The notes under the pieces: model-generated
Told to the model about the DNA's origin: nothing
The model's database searches: none
Seen by the model: the letters and a program-made list of their open reading frames with translations, nothing else
Assembly (NCBI GenBank): GCA_965205865.1
Contig: CBDBHR010000025.1
Span: forward strand, 160,001-224,000
Length of the DNA stretch: 64,000 nt
DNA from: a bacterium
GTDB taxonomy: Bacteria > SAR324 > NAC60-12
Direction of reading: 5' to 3'
Position numbers and translations under genes: made by a program
Shown here: positions 51,892 to 62,652 of the stretch, one piece after another
How the letters are laid out: each line of letters begins with the position of its first letter
How positions within the stretch are numbered: position 1 is the stretch's first letter

Positions 51892-52917
51892 ATGATGCTG
51901 ACTGAACCACAAAAAAAGTGTCCGATTTGGCCAAACTATATCGCGACCATTGACTACTCAAACAACAGTATTCGCGTAGAGTCTGCACGAGCCGGTGGAT
52001 GTTACACGATTACCAACACTGCAAAGGAGATGTTAAATGATCTGGACGACTTGTCGAAGGTACGCTTGACTACCCTGCTCATTAATCAAAGAGAGCAAGG
52101 ATTGGAGATTCCGGAAGTTACACACATATTGATAGAAGATGCAAAATCCGGGACTTCTCTTCTAGCTCACGACCGCGCAGACAGGCTTCTCAAATACTTT
52201 GTGGGTTGCTCGGGGATTGTAGGTAACGAAGTAAACATTAGATACAATACTCCTGAAATATGGAGTGCAATCCCTGGGGCAGAATCAACGAAGTTGGATG
52301 AAGTCTTCTCTCTGAAATTATGGGGGGCAATGGCTTGGTCCGAATCAACGGAGTTTCAAGAAGTCTTCTTCCTGACCACATACTTAAAGGAGCAAGGCTG
52401 GATCAAAACAAATCATACGTTTGGTGAAATGGGGATTTGCGTGTCAATTGATGGATACAGACACATCAATGATTCGATTACAACAATCGATCCGGCTCAG
52501 GCATTTGTCGCCATGTGGTTTGATGAAGAGATGACGATTGCGTACGAGGAAGGAATAAAGAAGGCGGTGGAGTCAGCCGGCTACACGCCTATGAGAATTG
52601 ATAAGAAACCGGATGTCAACAAAATCGATGATGAGATTATCGCTGAGATTCGACGCTCTCGATTCCTGATAGCGGATTTCACGCATGGAGACGACGGCGC
52701 AAGAGGTGGCGTCTACTTTGAAGCGGGATTCGCATTCGGCCTTGGGCTTCCCGTGATTTATACTTGCCGAAAAGATATGGTAGACCAACTTCACTTCGAC
52801 ACGCGGCAATACCATCATATCGTTTGGGAGCAGCCTGCCGACCTGCGGCGTGATCTGAAAAACAGAATCCAAGCGTTGATCGGAGAAGGTCCAAACAAAG
52901 GCATCCCCGTCACTTAG
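51892..52917 (+). CDS. Protein with C-terminal nucleoside 2-deoxyribosyltransferase/TIR-like domain
   Basis: QAFVAMWF, RID, IIAEIRRSRFLIADFT, GVYFEAGFAFGLGLPVI, HFDTRQY. Confidence 0.8.
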   Translation: MMLTEPQKKCPIWPNYIATIDYSNNSIRVESARAGGCYTITNTAKEMLNDLDDLSKVRLTTLLINQREQGLEIPEVTHILIEDAKSGTSLLAHDRADRLLKYFVGCSGIVGNEVNIRYNTPEIWSAIPGAESTKLDEVFSLKLWGAMAWSESTEFQEVFFLTTYLKEQGWIKTNHTFGEMGICVSIDGYRHINDSITTIDPAQAFVAMWFDEEMTIAYEEGIKKAVESAGYTPMRIDKKPDVNKIDDEIIAEIRRSRFLIADFTHGDDGARGGVYFEAGFAFGLGLPVIYTCRKDMVDQLHFDTRQYHHIVWEQPADLRRDLKNRIQALIGEGPNKGIPVT

Positions 52918-52996
52918 AGAGCAGAAAACAGCAAAGTGTATAACATGGGTGGCCATGGCATGAGATGATACTGAATCCATAGAAAAGGAAAACCGT

Positions 52997-54718
52997 ATGA
53001 TTGATCCAATTCATTCTTTAGCGTTTGCACTCCAATCCAATCGTGGCATTTACGCTGTCTTGCTTGGATCCGGTGTGTCTCGTTCGGCGGGTATTCTGAC
53101 AGGTTGGGAGATTACGCTCGACTTGATTCAAAAAGTTGCAGTTCTGCACGGTGAGACAGTTGCCTCCGAACCAGAGAGTTGGTATCAGGAGAAATTCGGA
53201 AAGGAACCCGACTATTCCGAGCTTCTTGATAACCTCGCTATAACAGCGGCTGAGCGACAACAATTATTGCGTTCCTATTGGGAGCCGAATGAACAAGAGC
53301 GTGAGGAGGGATTAAAACAACCCACTGCGGCACACCATGCCATTGCAGCGCTGGTTGCACGAGGTTTTGTCAAGGTCATTATTACGACGAATTTCGACCG
53401 CCTGATTGAAAGCGCATTGAGGGAGCAAGGTGTTGTACCAAAGATTATAAGTTCGCTTGACCATGTGCAGGGTATGCTTCCACTTATCCACACAAAATGC
53501 TGCGTATTCAAGATTCATGGGGACTATCTCGACACCCGTATTTTAAATACACCCAATGAACTTGCAGCCTTTCCCCATGAGTTCAACCGACTTCTCGATC
53601 GCATTTTCGATGAGTTCGGTCTAATCGTATGCGGCTGGTCAGCGGAGTGGGACGGGGCGTTGCGTGAGGCAATCTTCCGGACTCCATCGCGACGATTTAC
53701 GACCTATTGGACGGCAAGGGGTGAACTCGGGGATGAAGCTCGACGACTGGTTGAACATCGTGATGCCCAGGTGATTTCAATTAAGGACGCTGACACATTT
53801 TTTCATACCGTCCATGGATTTGTCGAAGCCTTGGAAAAATTTTCAAAGCCACATCCGTTAACGACAGAAGTTGCTGTCGCGAATCTTAAACGTTATCTCT
53901 CCGAACCTCGATATCAGATACAGCTAACCGATCTGGTCATTGAAACTACAAATCGAGTGGTTGAATCAACGTCTAGTGAAGCTTTTTCAGTATCAGGACG
54001 TCCAACGAAGGAATCTTTAACGGAGCGGATGCTTGCCTACGAAGCGATCTGTTCAACTCTACTGGCGATGGCAGCAGTAGGAGGTTACTGGGCGAAGCAA
54101 GATCAATATCGTATTTGGCAAGATGCCCTTATTCGTCTCAGTGAAAGGAACCACAGCAGAGGAGATCAGTCATGGCTTGTTTTACAAAAATATCCGGGAA
54201 CACTCTTGCTTTACTCCTTGGGTCTCGGGGCAGTCGCGAAAGATCGAATTGAATTTCTGAGAGAGATTTTTCTTACTCCGATCCATCAACAAAATAGTGT
54301 CGATCGTCTCGCAGTTGATTTACTTTCGCCGAGTCGTTTGTACTCTGAATTGCGAGCTGATTTCCAGGAGAATGAAATGTTCCTTAATAATCGTTTGCAC
54401 AAAGAGTTAAAACAATATACTACGCGACTTATTCCGAACGACGACCGATACACGGCGATCTTCGACAAGCTCGAGATTTTACTGGCACTCAATCGTAAGT
54501 ATAGTTCTGGTTGGTTTTCAGTGGGCAGATTTGCGTACCAATTCCAGAATGCAAAGAAAGTCTTTCAGGAAATAGAGGAATCCATAACACGGTTGCAAGA
54601 TAAGTCACCTTTCGTACAATGCGGAATCTTCGGAAAAAATGCCCAAGAATGCAATCAGCGCCTTGATGAACTGAAGAATTTTATTGCCGGCCTCACTCCT
54701 TTAATAAGGTCTTATTGA
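52997..54718 (+). CDS. SIR2-like (SIR2_2) domain protein
   Basis: LLGSGVSRSAGI, TTNFD, KIHGDY, CGWSAEWD. Confidence 0.88.
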   Translation: MIDPIHSLAFALQSNRGIYAVLLGSGVSRSAGILTGWEITLDLIQKVAVLHGETVASEPESWYQEKFGKEPDYSELLDNLAITAAERQQLLRSYWEPNEQEREEGLKQPTAAHHAIAALVARGFVKVIITTNFDRLIESALREQGVVPKIISSLDHVQGMLPLIHTKCCVFKIHGDYLDTRILNTPNELAAFPHEFNRLLDRIFDEFGLIVCGWSAEWDGALREAIFRTPSRRFTTYWTARGELGDEARRLVEHRDAQVISIKDADTFFHTVHGFVEALEKFSKPHPLTTEVAVANLKRYLSEPRYQIQLTDLVIETTNRVVESTSSEAFSVSGRPTKESLTERMLAYEAICSTLLAMAAVGGYWAKQDQYRIWQDALIRLSERNHSRGDQSWLVLQKYPGTLLLYSLGLGAVAKDRIEFLREIFLTPIHQQNSVDRLAVDLLSPSRLYSELRADFQENEMFLNNRLHKELKQYTTRLIPNDDRYTAIFDKLEILLALNRKYSSGWFSVGRFAYQFQNAKKVFQEIEESITRLQDKSPFVQCGIFGKNAQECNQRLDELKNFIAGLTPLIRSY

Positions 54719-55229
54719 ATTTTAGTAAGTTCGATTAATTCTGAGATGGCGACAATGTCTTTTCTTGGAAAGTGGGAACAAGGGTTTTTAGCTCCATAGT
54801 AGCAATTCCCTACACGACACGACCCGGGTAGTTTTTCGAAGATAAGATTATAGAATGGAGCTACCGCCAAAAATGAACTTGGTTGAATTTACTCAAGAGA
54901 AACGGTACGAGAGGCGGAGTAGATGAATAGACCGGAATTGCGCATACTTGACCTGCCAGTTATCTTTACATATCATGAGGATTCGCTGTAAACTCTGCAT
55001 TGCGACACCGAGCGCTACTGTCTATCGTATGGACCGGCTCGCTGGATTTGCGTAGAAAACTGAAGAATCACACACTTGCAGTGATTGGCCATGGTAAAAA
55101 GCTTATAAGATCCCATGACCACTCTGCCCGAAGTGACTTCGAGCACGCCTTGCTGACTTGACTGAAGGGCTTGGCCTGAATGCAACCGCCCATCGGGACC
55201 GGCCACGTGTAGATAAGGAGATCAATATA

Positions 55230-56351
55230 ATGGTTGAGCATATTGATATTAAAGAGAAAACCAAAGCTCTTGCTGAAGTTGAAATCGAGGGTCTTGAAGA
55301 CAAAGAGGAAGCGTCATGGGGAGACTACCCGATAGACACGCTTCATATTCGGCACGATATTCGCACAGTCTTTGATGTGTTGCGACGAATCAAAAGTCGG
55401 ACCTTTGTGATGGACCCGGAGTTTCAGAGAGATTTTATATGGGATATTGACAAGCAGAGCAAGTTCATCGAATCCGTGCTGATGCGGATTCCTCTGCCGG
55501 TTTTCTACCTGGCGGAAGACAACCAGGGACAGGTGGTGGTTGTGGATGGTTTACAGCGCTTGTCGACTTTCAAGAATTTCGTTGATGGCAAATTACGTTT
55601 GAAAATTCCAGGTCACGGCGAACTGAACGAAAAAAAATTTGGAGACCTGACGCCAAAGCTTCAGAATCGCATCGAAGATTGTAACCTGATCCTCTACATC
55701 ATTGATGCGAAAGTGCCTGAGCGCGCATGCCTGGACATTTTCGATCGAGTAAATAGTGGCGTTCCCTTGACGCGGCAGCAGATGCGCAACTGCCTTTTCA
55801 TGGGTCCGGCGACACGATTCCTGAAAGAAGAATCCCGTACCGAAACCTTCCTGGAGGCAACCGGAGGTAGCCTGAAAAAAGAAAAGATGCGTGACAGGGA
55901 ATTCGTGAACAGGTTTTGCGCATTCCAACTTCTCACTCCCGACAGGTACAAGGGCAGCATGGACGATTTCCTGGCAGATGGATTGAGAGATATGAACAGA
56001 ATGCAGCCAGAGGAATTGGAGAAGCTATCCAAGCAGTTTCAAACGGGGCTGGCTAACAATTTCAAGGTGTTTGGCAGGCATGCCTTCAGGAAACATCACA
56101 GCAGAGAAGAAAACCGTAGTGTGATCAATGCTTCGCTCTGGGACGTGATGTCGACCGGGCTCTCGCGCTACTCGCCGGGTTTGGTTGAATCCCGGGACCA
56201 AGACCTGCGACATCGGTTCTACAGGTTGATGAAAGACGAAACATTCCAGAATGATATTACATACGGTACGAACGGTTTGCGACAAGTCAAACAGCGCTTC
56301 CAGGCTGCTAATTTCATTCTTCAGGAGGTGTTCAATGATCACTCGGATTGA
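55230..56351 (+). CDS. DUF262 (ParB-like) protein, Menshen NsnA-like
   Basis: PEFQRDFIW, FIESVLMRIPLP, VDGLQRL, IFDRVNSG; ATG after AAGGAG. Confidence 0.85.
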   Translation: MVEHIDIKEKTKALAEVEIEGLEDKEEASWGDYPIDTLHIRHDIRTVFDVLRRIKSRTFVMDPEFQRDFIWDIDKQSKFIESVLMRIPLPVFYLAEDNQGQVVVVDGLQRLSTFKNFVDGKLRLKIPGHGELNEKKFGDLTPKLQNRIEDCNLILYIIDAKVPERACLDIFDRVNSGVPLTRQQMRNCLFMGPATRFLKEESRTETFLEATGGSLKKEKMRDREFVNRFCAFQLLTPDRYKGSMDDFLADGLRDMNRMQPEELEKLSKQFQTGLANNFKVFGRHAFRKHHSREENRSVINASLWDVMSTGLSRYSPGLVESRDQDLRHRFYRLMKDETFQNDITYGTNGLRQVKQRFQAANFILQEVFNDHSD

Positions 56352-57465
56352 TCTGGAGAAATTCAAGTGCTTCGATATTCTCAAACTCCCGTTGGGTTCG
56401 CTGACGGTACTATCAGGCGCAAATGCCTCAGGAAAGTCCTCGGTCTTGCAGTCTTTCGCATTGTTGCAGCAGACCATGCGCGAGAACGAGTGGTCGAGGA
56501 CTCTCATCCTCAATGGCACGGTTGCGCAACTTGGTACAGTCCTGGACGTCGTGGACAAAGTACATGGTCGGCATGAGTGTAGTATTGGATTGATAGATGG
56601 AGACTCTAGTTACCGGTGGACTTTTACGGGAGACCGTACTGACATGTCCATGCCTGTTGAGCGTGTGGTCGTCGATGGAAAGACGTTCGACAAACCGGAT
56701 CGACTGCGCTACTTGCTTCCTACCGAGAACAAAACGTCTTCGTTATCCCTGCGTCTGCGAGACCTGACATACATCACGGCAGAAAGGCTCGGTCCCCGTG
56801 AAGTTTACAACCTGTATGATCCACAGATTGCTCCGGTGGTGGGTTCGGCCGGCGAATACGCTGTCAGTGTTCTTCATTCAGGACGCGACGAAAAAGTCTG
56901 CCCGGAACTGGTCCTTCCGGATAACCCAGTTACGCTCCTGCAGCAAACGGTAGCACGAATGCGGGTCTTTTTTCCGGGTTGCGGATTGGACATCCAACCG
57001 GTGTTCCACGCGAATGCGGTGACAATTGGATTTCGCACTTCGGAGAATACGGACTACCATCGTCCCATTCATGCCGGATTCGGTCTCACCCAGATTCTGC
57101 CAATAGTCGTCGCCTCGCTATCCGCCAGACGAGACGACCTTCTCCTGATCGAAAATCCGGAGGTTCACCTTCATCCGGCCGGGCAGGCGCTGATGGGAGC
57201 GTTCATGGCCGAAGTGGCACAGGCGGGGGTTCAGGTGATCCTGGAGACTCATAGCGACCACGTGTTGAACGGTATCCGGCGAGCTGTAAAGGCTGGAAAG
57301 CTTTCCTTCGAGCACGTTGCTATCCACTTCTTCAGGCCAAGATCATCCGATTCTGCGCAGGTAGTCAGTCCTGTTTTGGACAGTACAGGCAACATAGACA
57401 TGTGGCCGGAGGGTTTTTTTGACCAATTCGACAAAGATATGAACCATTTTGCCGGATGGGAGTAG
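56335..57465 (+). CDS. ABC-type ATPase with DUF3696, Menshen NsnB-like
   Basis: GANASGKSS, GFGLTQILP, IENPEVHLHP, ETHSDH, WPEGFFDQ; ATG after GGAGG. Confidence 0.87.
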   Translation: MITRIDLEKFKCFDILKLPLGSLTVLSGANASGKSSVLQSFALLQQTMRENEWSRTLILNGTVAQLGTVLDVVDKVHGRHECSIGLIDGDSSYRWTFTGDRTDMSMPVERVVVDGKTFDKPDRLRYLLPTENKTSSLSLRLRDLTYITAERLGPREVYNLYDPQIAPVVGSAGEYAVSVLHSGRDEKVCPELVLPDNPVTLLQQTVARMRVFFPGCGLDIQPVFHANAVTIGFRTSENTDYHRPIHAGFGLTQILPIVVASLSARRDDLLLIENPEVHLHPAGQALMGAFMAEVAQAGVQVILETHSDHVLNGIRRAVKAGKLSFEHVAIHFFRPRSSDSAQVVSPVLDSTGNIDMWPEGFFDQFDKDMNHFAGWE

Positions 57466-57469
57466 GAAT

Positions 57470-58417
57470 TTGGATTTTATTGTTAACGACCTGTCTTTCC
57501 ACGGTCAGTTTTTTAACATCACGACATTCCTTCAGTCACTTGGACGAGTCCTGAGGATGCGAACGATAGCACGGCGCTTTGGTCGGGAATTGTATTGTCA
57601 CAGAAATATCGCTTCGACTTGCGTCATGCCGAACATGTCGTTGCAGAAGGCAATTCAAAGATTGTCGCAAGACAAGCGTCGATCAATAATGGTGTGGCTG
57701 ACGAAGAATGGACCGTTCTGGGAAGATGAGCGAAGTCATGGGTCGGATGATTATCTTGAATGCAAGGGGGAAGTAGTCACGGACACCGCCGTTGGAGAAG
57801 CTGCTTACTGCTGTCTGAACCTCAGTGAACGCCATCTCGTGAGTCTGGTGCCTTCGTCATGGGATTTCTCGCCTGTCGTGGTGAAGTGGTACAGGGACGA
57901 TGCCGATGTCCGGGAAGTCTTGGTCGCTAATTACCGTAACTCCACCGAACTGGAAGACATACTCAGATCTGCTCCTGCTGCCATCAAATCGTGGAAAGAT
58001 CTGGAACAATCTTCAAGATCCCGCTGCTCACATCTGACCTTCTTGGCAGATTGCTTTGACCCTCTCCTCGGCCACCCTTTCGTAAACAGTGCTGCACGTC
58101 TTGTATCGAGACAGTTGGAGACGTTGGACCGGTTCAAAGCTGTAAGGGGAAGGAATTCCACAGAGGGGAACAGACTTTACCAAGATCATTTCACGGGAAC
58201 AAGGGCGTGGTTCTCGGACTCGTCAGATACCGAGAAAGTCGAGTTTCGAAACAAGTTGACATTCCAGCATCCGGCCAATACGCAAAAAACATTGTTTTGT
58301 ACGTGGCACGGGAAAGTTAACTACCATACACCGATCCGTATTCACTTTTCATGGCCTGTACAGGCTTCGGAACCACTGTACGTGACTTACATTGGACCAA
58401 AGCTCACCCTTAAGTAA
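57470..58417 (+). CDS. Hypothetical protein, putative NsnC-like effector
   Basis: TTG after GGGAG, 4 nt after the ATPase stop; C-terminal WHGK...RIHFSW...YIGPKL. Role assigned by context only. Confidence 0.65.
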   Translation: MDFIVNDLSFHGQFFNITTFLQSLGRVLRMRTIARRFGRELYCHRNIASTCVMPNMSLQKAIQRLSQDKRRSIMVWLTKNGPFWEDERSHGSDDYLECKGEVVTDTAVGEAAYCCLNLSERHLVSLVPSSWDFSPVVVKWYRDDADVREVLVANYRNSTELEDILRSAPAAIKSWKDLEQSSRSRCSHLTFLADCFDPLLGHPFVNSAARLVSRQLETLDRFKAVRGRNSTEGNRLYQDHFTGTRAWFSDSSDTEKVEFRNKLTFQHPANTQKTLFCTWHGKVNYHTPIRIHFSWPVQASEPLYVTYIGPKLTLK

Positions 58418-58595
58418 GCGCCTACTGTCCCAGTCCGGATCATGGGTATGATTCACGATGTGTTCAGGTCATCATTGGAACTCGACATGAACTCCACATG
58501 CAATTGGATTGACACGCAAACCAACCGATGATTTGGAAAGAAACAGCTACACTGGAATCAGGGATGACTTGTTGCCTTCCGGGAAAAATTGAACC

Positions 58596-61500
58596 ATGAC
58601 CACCATCACCGAATCCGATGTTGAACAGAGCGCGCTGGGCTGGCTCGAAAGACTGGGCTGGAGGGTTGTTCGGGGAGGCGACATCGCCCCCGGCACCGTC
58701 AATGCGGAACGTTTCGACTATGGGCAGGTGGTGCTGGAAAGACGTCTGCGCGATGCGCTTGCACGGCTCAACCCGGATCTTCCCGCCGTAGGGTTGGACG
58801 ATGCCTTCCGCAGGCTGACTCGCGCGGAGGGAGCGACGCTCGAAATCCGCAACCGCGCGTTCCACCGCATGATCGTGGATGGGATAACGGTCGAACACCG
58901 CGTCGACAACGGAAGAATCCGGGGTGCGCAAGCCCGCGTGATTGACTTCGACAGTCCCGCCAACAACGATTGGCTGGCGGTCAAGCAGTTCACCGTAGTC
59001 GAGAACAAGCATGAACGGCGTCCCGACCTGGCGCTGTTCGTCAACGGCTTGCCCCTGTGCTTGATTGAACTGAAGAACCCGGCAGACGAGGAAGCGACGA
59101 TTTGGACTGCCTGGCAGCAACTCCGGACCTACAAAGCCGAGTTGCCGTCGCTGTTTGCCATGAATGCGGCCCTGATGGTCTCGGACGGTATGGAAGCGCG
59201 GGTCGGCACGTTGACTTGCGGACGGGAGTGGTTCAAACCCTGGCGTACCATATCGGGTGAGACGCTGGCTGATGCTCACCTGCCCCAATTGCAGGTGATG
59301 CTGGAAGGTATTTGCGAGCCGCGCCGGTTCCTTTCACTGGTTCGTGATTTTATCGTATTCGACGACGATAGCAGCGGCATGCTGGTCAAAAAGATGGCAG
59401 GCTACCACCAGTTTCATGCAGTCGAGGTGGCGGTCGCCGAGACCCTGCGCGCCACCGAGTTGCAACAAGAGATCGAGCAGGTCTCTGATATAGGCCGCTA
59501 TAAATCGGGTCGTCAACCTGGAGGCGCGCCTGGCGACCGGCGCATCGGCGTAGTCTGGCACACCCAGGGTTCGGGCAAGAGCCTGACCATGGCCTTTTAT
59601 GCCGGGCGCATCATCCGCGAGCCGGCGATGGCCAACCCGACCGTGGTCGTGCTCACCGACCGCAATGACCTGGACGACCAGCTCTTCGGCACCTTCGCCC
59701 GTTGTCGTGACTTGCTTCGCCAACCACCGGTACAGGCCGAAAACCGGGCCGACTTACGCGACAGACTGGCGGTCGTATCGGGCGGCGTGATTTTCACCAC
59801 CATCCAGAAGTTCTTCCCCGAGGAGAAGGGAGACCGGCATTCCATGCTCTCGAAACGGCGCAACATCGTGGTCATCGCGGACGAAGCGCACCGCAGTCAA
59901 TACGACTTCATAGACGGATACGCGCGCCACATGCGAGATGCCCTGCCCAATGCCTCCTTCGTCGGCTTCACCGGTACTCCGATTGAACTTCTGGACGCCA
60001 ACACCCGCGCCGTATTCGGTGATTACATCAGCATTTACGACGTCCAACGCGCCGTCGAGGACAAGGCGACGGTTCCGATCTATTACGAGAGCCGGCTGGC
60101 CAGGTTGACACTGGACGAAGATGAGAAAGCGAGCATCGACCCCGAGTTCGAGGAGGCCACCGAGGGTGAGGAGATCGAGCGCAAAGAGAAGCTCAAGACC
60201 AAGTGGGCGCAACTCGAAGCAATCGTCGGCGCAGAAACGCGGCTCAAGCTGGTTGCCGGGGACATCGTCACTCATTTCGAACAACGCCTGGAAGCCCTTG
60301 AAGGCAAGGCGATGGTCGTCTGTATGAGCCGTCGCATCTGCGTCGATCTCTATGGCGAACTGGTGCGATTGCGCCCTGACTGGCACAAGGAAAACGACGA
60401 CAGCGGAAAAATCAAGGTGGTGATGACCGGCTCCGCATCAGACCCATCCGGCTGGCAAGCGCATATCCGCAACAAACTCCGGCGCGAGGCTTTGGCGAAT
60501 CGATTCCGTGACAACGACGATCCACTCCGTATCGTGCTGGTGCGTGACATGTGGCTGACCGGGTTTGACGCGCCGAGCCTGCACACCATGTATATCGACA
60601 AACCGATGCGCGGTCACGGGTTGATGCAGGCAATCGCCCGCGTCAATCGCGTGTTCAGGGACAAGCCAGGTGGGCTCGTGGTGGATTACCTCGGCCTTGC
60701 TCATGAATTAAAACGCGCGCTGGCGACCTACACCGAAAGCGGCGGCATAGGACGCACCGCGGTCGACCAGACAGAAGCGGTGATGGTGATGCTTGAAAAA
60801 TACGAGATCTGTTGCGGCCTGTTCCACGGATTCGACCGCTCCGGGTGGATTACCGGTACGCCGGCGGATCGGTTGAGCCTGCTGCCGGGTGCGCAGGAAC
60901 ACGTCCTGAAACAAGAAAACGGCAAGGACCGTTACCTGCATTCGGTACGTAATCTCTCTCAAGCCTTTGCGCTTGCCGTGCCGCATGAAGACGCGCTGCG
61001 CATCCGCAACGAGGTGGACTTCTTTCAGACCGTCCGGTCGGTGCTGTCCAAGCGAGCCACAGGCGATGTACGGCCGGAAGAAGAACTCGACCACGTGGTA
61101 CGCCAGATCATCTCGCGCGCTGTGGCGTCGGAGGGGGTGATCGACGTCTTTGCCGCAGCCGGATTGCAAAAGCCGGATATCGCGATACTGTCCGACGACT
61201 TCCTGGCCGAAGTGCAGGGCATCCCCCAGCGCAACCTCGCCGTGGAACTGTTGCAAAAACTGCTGAAGGGTGAACTTGCTACCCGCCGCCGCAAAAACGT
61301 GGTGCAGGCGCGCTCTTTCGCGGAAATGTTGGAACAGACGCTCCGCCGCTATCAGAATCGCACGGTCGAGGCGGCCCAGGTCATCGAGGAACTGATTCAC
61401 CTCGCAAAGGATATGCGCGAAGCCAACCAGCGAGGCGAGAAACTGGGTCTCGCGGAGGACGAACTGGCCTTCTACGACGCCTTGGAGAGCAACGATAGCG

Positions 61501-61739
61501 CCGTCCGGGTGCTTGGCGACGAGATCCTGCGGACGATCGCGCGCGAACTGGTCGAGACCGTACGCAGCAACGTGACCATCGACTGGACCATGCGCGAAAA
61601 CGTGCGCGCGAATCTTCGCGTGTTGGTCAAACGCACTTTACGCAAGCACGACTACCCACCGGATAAGCAGGAAAAGGCGACGCGGACCGTCCTGGAACAG
61701 GCGGAGGTTCTCTCCGGAGGGTGGGCTCTCTCGGGATGA
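58596..61739 (+). CDS. hsdR: Type I R-M restriction subunit R
   Basis: [57 protein letters not shown]. Confidence 0.97.
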   Translation: MTTITESDVEQSALGWLERLGWRVVRGGDIAPGTVNAERFDYGQVVLERRLRDALARLNPDLPAVGLDDAFRRLTRAEGATLEIRNRAFHRMIVDGITVEHRVDNGRIRGAQARVIDFDSPANNDWLAVKQFTVVENKHERRPDLALFVNGLPLCLIELKNPADEEATIWTAWQQLRTYKAELPSLFAMNAALMVSDGMEARVGTLTCGREWFKPWRTISGETLADAHLPQLQVMLEGICEPRRFLSLVRDFIVFDDDSSGMLVKKMAGYHQFHAVEVAVAETLRATELQQEIEQVSDIGRYKSGRQPGGAPGDRRIGVVWHTQGSGKSLTMAFYAGRIIREPAMANPTVVVLTDRNDLDDQLFGTFARCRDLLRQPPVQAENRADLRDRLAVVSGGVIFTTIQKFFPEEKGDRHSMLSKRRNIVVIADEAHRSQYDFIDGYARHMRDALPNASFVGFTGTPIELLDANTRAVFGDYISIYDVQRAVEDKATVPIYYESRLARLTLDEDEKASIDPEFEEATEGEEIERKEKLKTKWAQLEAIVGAETRLKLVAGDIVTHFEQRLEALEGKAMVVCMSRRICVDLYGELVRLRPDWHKENDDSGKIKVVMTGSASDPSGWQAHIRNKLRREALANRFRDNDDPLRIVLVRDMWLTGFDAPSLHTMYIDKPMRGHGLMQAIARVNRVFRDKPGGLVVDYLGLAHELKRALATYTESGGIGRTAVDQTEAVMVMLEKYEICCGLFHGFDRSGWITGTPADRLSLLPGAQEHVLKQENGKDRYLHSVRNLSQAFALAVPHEDALRIRNEVDFFQTVRSVLSKRATGDVRPEEELDHVVRQIISRAVASEGVIDVFAAAGLQKPDIAILSDDFLAEVQGIPQRNLAVELLQKLLKGELATRRRKNVVQARSFAEMLEQTLRRYQNRTVEAAQVIEELIHLAKDMREANQRGEKLGLAEDELAFYDALESNDSAVRVLGDEILRTIARELVETVRSNVTIDWTMRENVRANLRVLVKRTLRKHDYPPDKQEKATRTVLEQAEVLSGGWALSG

Positions 61740-61817
61740 CAAAGGATTTATGGAAAACAAGTTGACTATTCAAGAAACGTCAAACAAATTTATTGGTTTC
61801 AAGCTCATCGACAAGAA

Positions 61818-62339
61818 TCACAGCCTCATATAAGTTTCTGTCACTTTAAATTTCTCTTCGTTTATTATGCCTGTGTAGGTTAATTGAATTCCATTGTCGA
61901 TCAACTTGTATATTGCGTTTTCTACTTTTGCCCCTCCACTGATAGAAGGAGGTGGTAAACAACCTTTTTCCCGAAGGTCGACGCTGATTACCTCGCCATT
62001 TTCATCGAGTGTAATTTCAACAATATCGTTAGAAGAGCAGTCAATTACAAAAGACTCCTCTAGAAAAAGTATGTTCGCCATCCCTCCCGATGTTGCGGAA
62101 TATTTTCCCTTTCCCAGCCATTTAAAAGTAACATGTAAATCCCCCTGGATTGTTGGGGCTATCGTTCCTATTTCATTGTTCTCGAGAACAAATGCCGACA
62201 GCCTGTATTTTCCGTCAGGGATCAATTGTTTCTCAGCAGGTACCGGTTCGGAATCGCCTCCCCCGCCTCCTGCACAGGAAAACAAAAATAACGCAAGAGC
62301 AACCAATCCTAAGTTCCTTAATTTTTCAAGTCTTTTCAT
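61818..62339 (-). CDS. Hypothetical lipoprotein
   Basis: SD AGGAG; lipobox LFSC followed by a Gly linker. Confidence 0.75.
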   Translation of the reverse strand: MKRLEKLRNLGLVALALFLFSCAGGGGGDSEPVPAEKQLIPDGKYRLSAFVLENNEIGTIAPTIQGDLHVTFKWLGKGKYSATSGGMANILFLEESFVIDCSSNDIVEITLDENGEVISVDLREKGCLPPPSISGGAKVENAIYKLIDNGIQLTYTGIINEEKFKVTETYMRL

Positions 62340-62652
62340 AACGCATACTCCTTTTATTCATGAAATGTAACTATTCAGGTGCGAAAACACTGGGCTAGAG
62401 GTCGACAGAACCTCTATATTGCGTCAAAATACATCAAAAGTGGATGATTTAGTGCGCTTTTTCAAAGGGAAATGCCCGCAAGCCCAGGAAACCCGCACCT
62501 GAATAGTTACCATGAAATTATAAATCTACTGATTTTTAGACACGACCAGTGCTCTTTAACCACTGAAATTCCACAGACATATGACCTTTGCAAAAAATTA
62601 TGCAATGGCTTGAAGGGCTGATTCTATCAAAGTTCGTTTACATATCAAATAC

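Noticed and set aside
34730-61800. Island integrated at tRNA-Sec
   Set aside because: dgkA lies between the tRNA and the island. I saw no integrase and no repeat of the tRNA 3' end.
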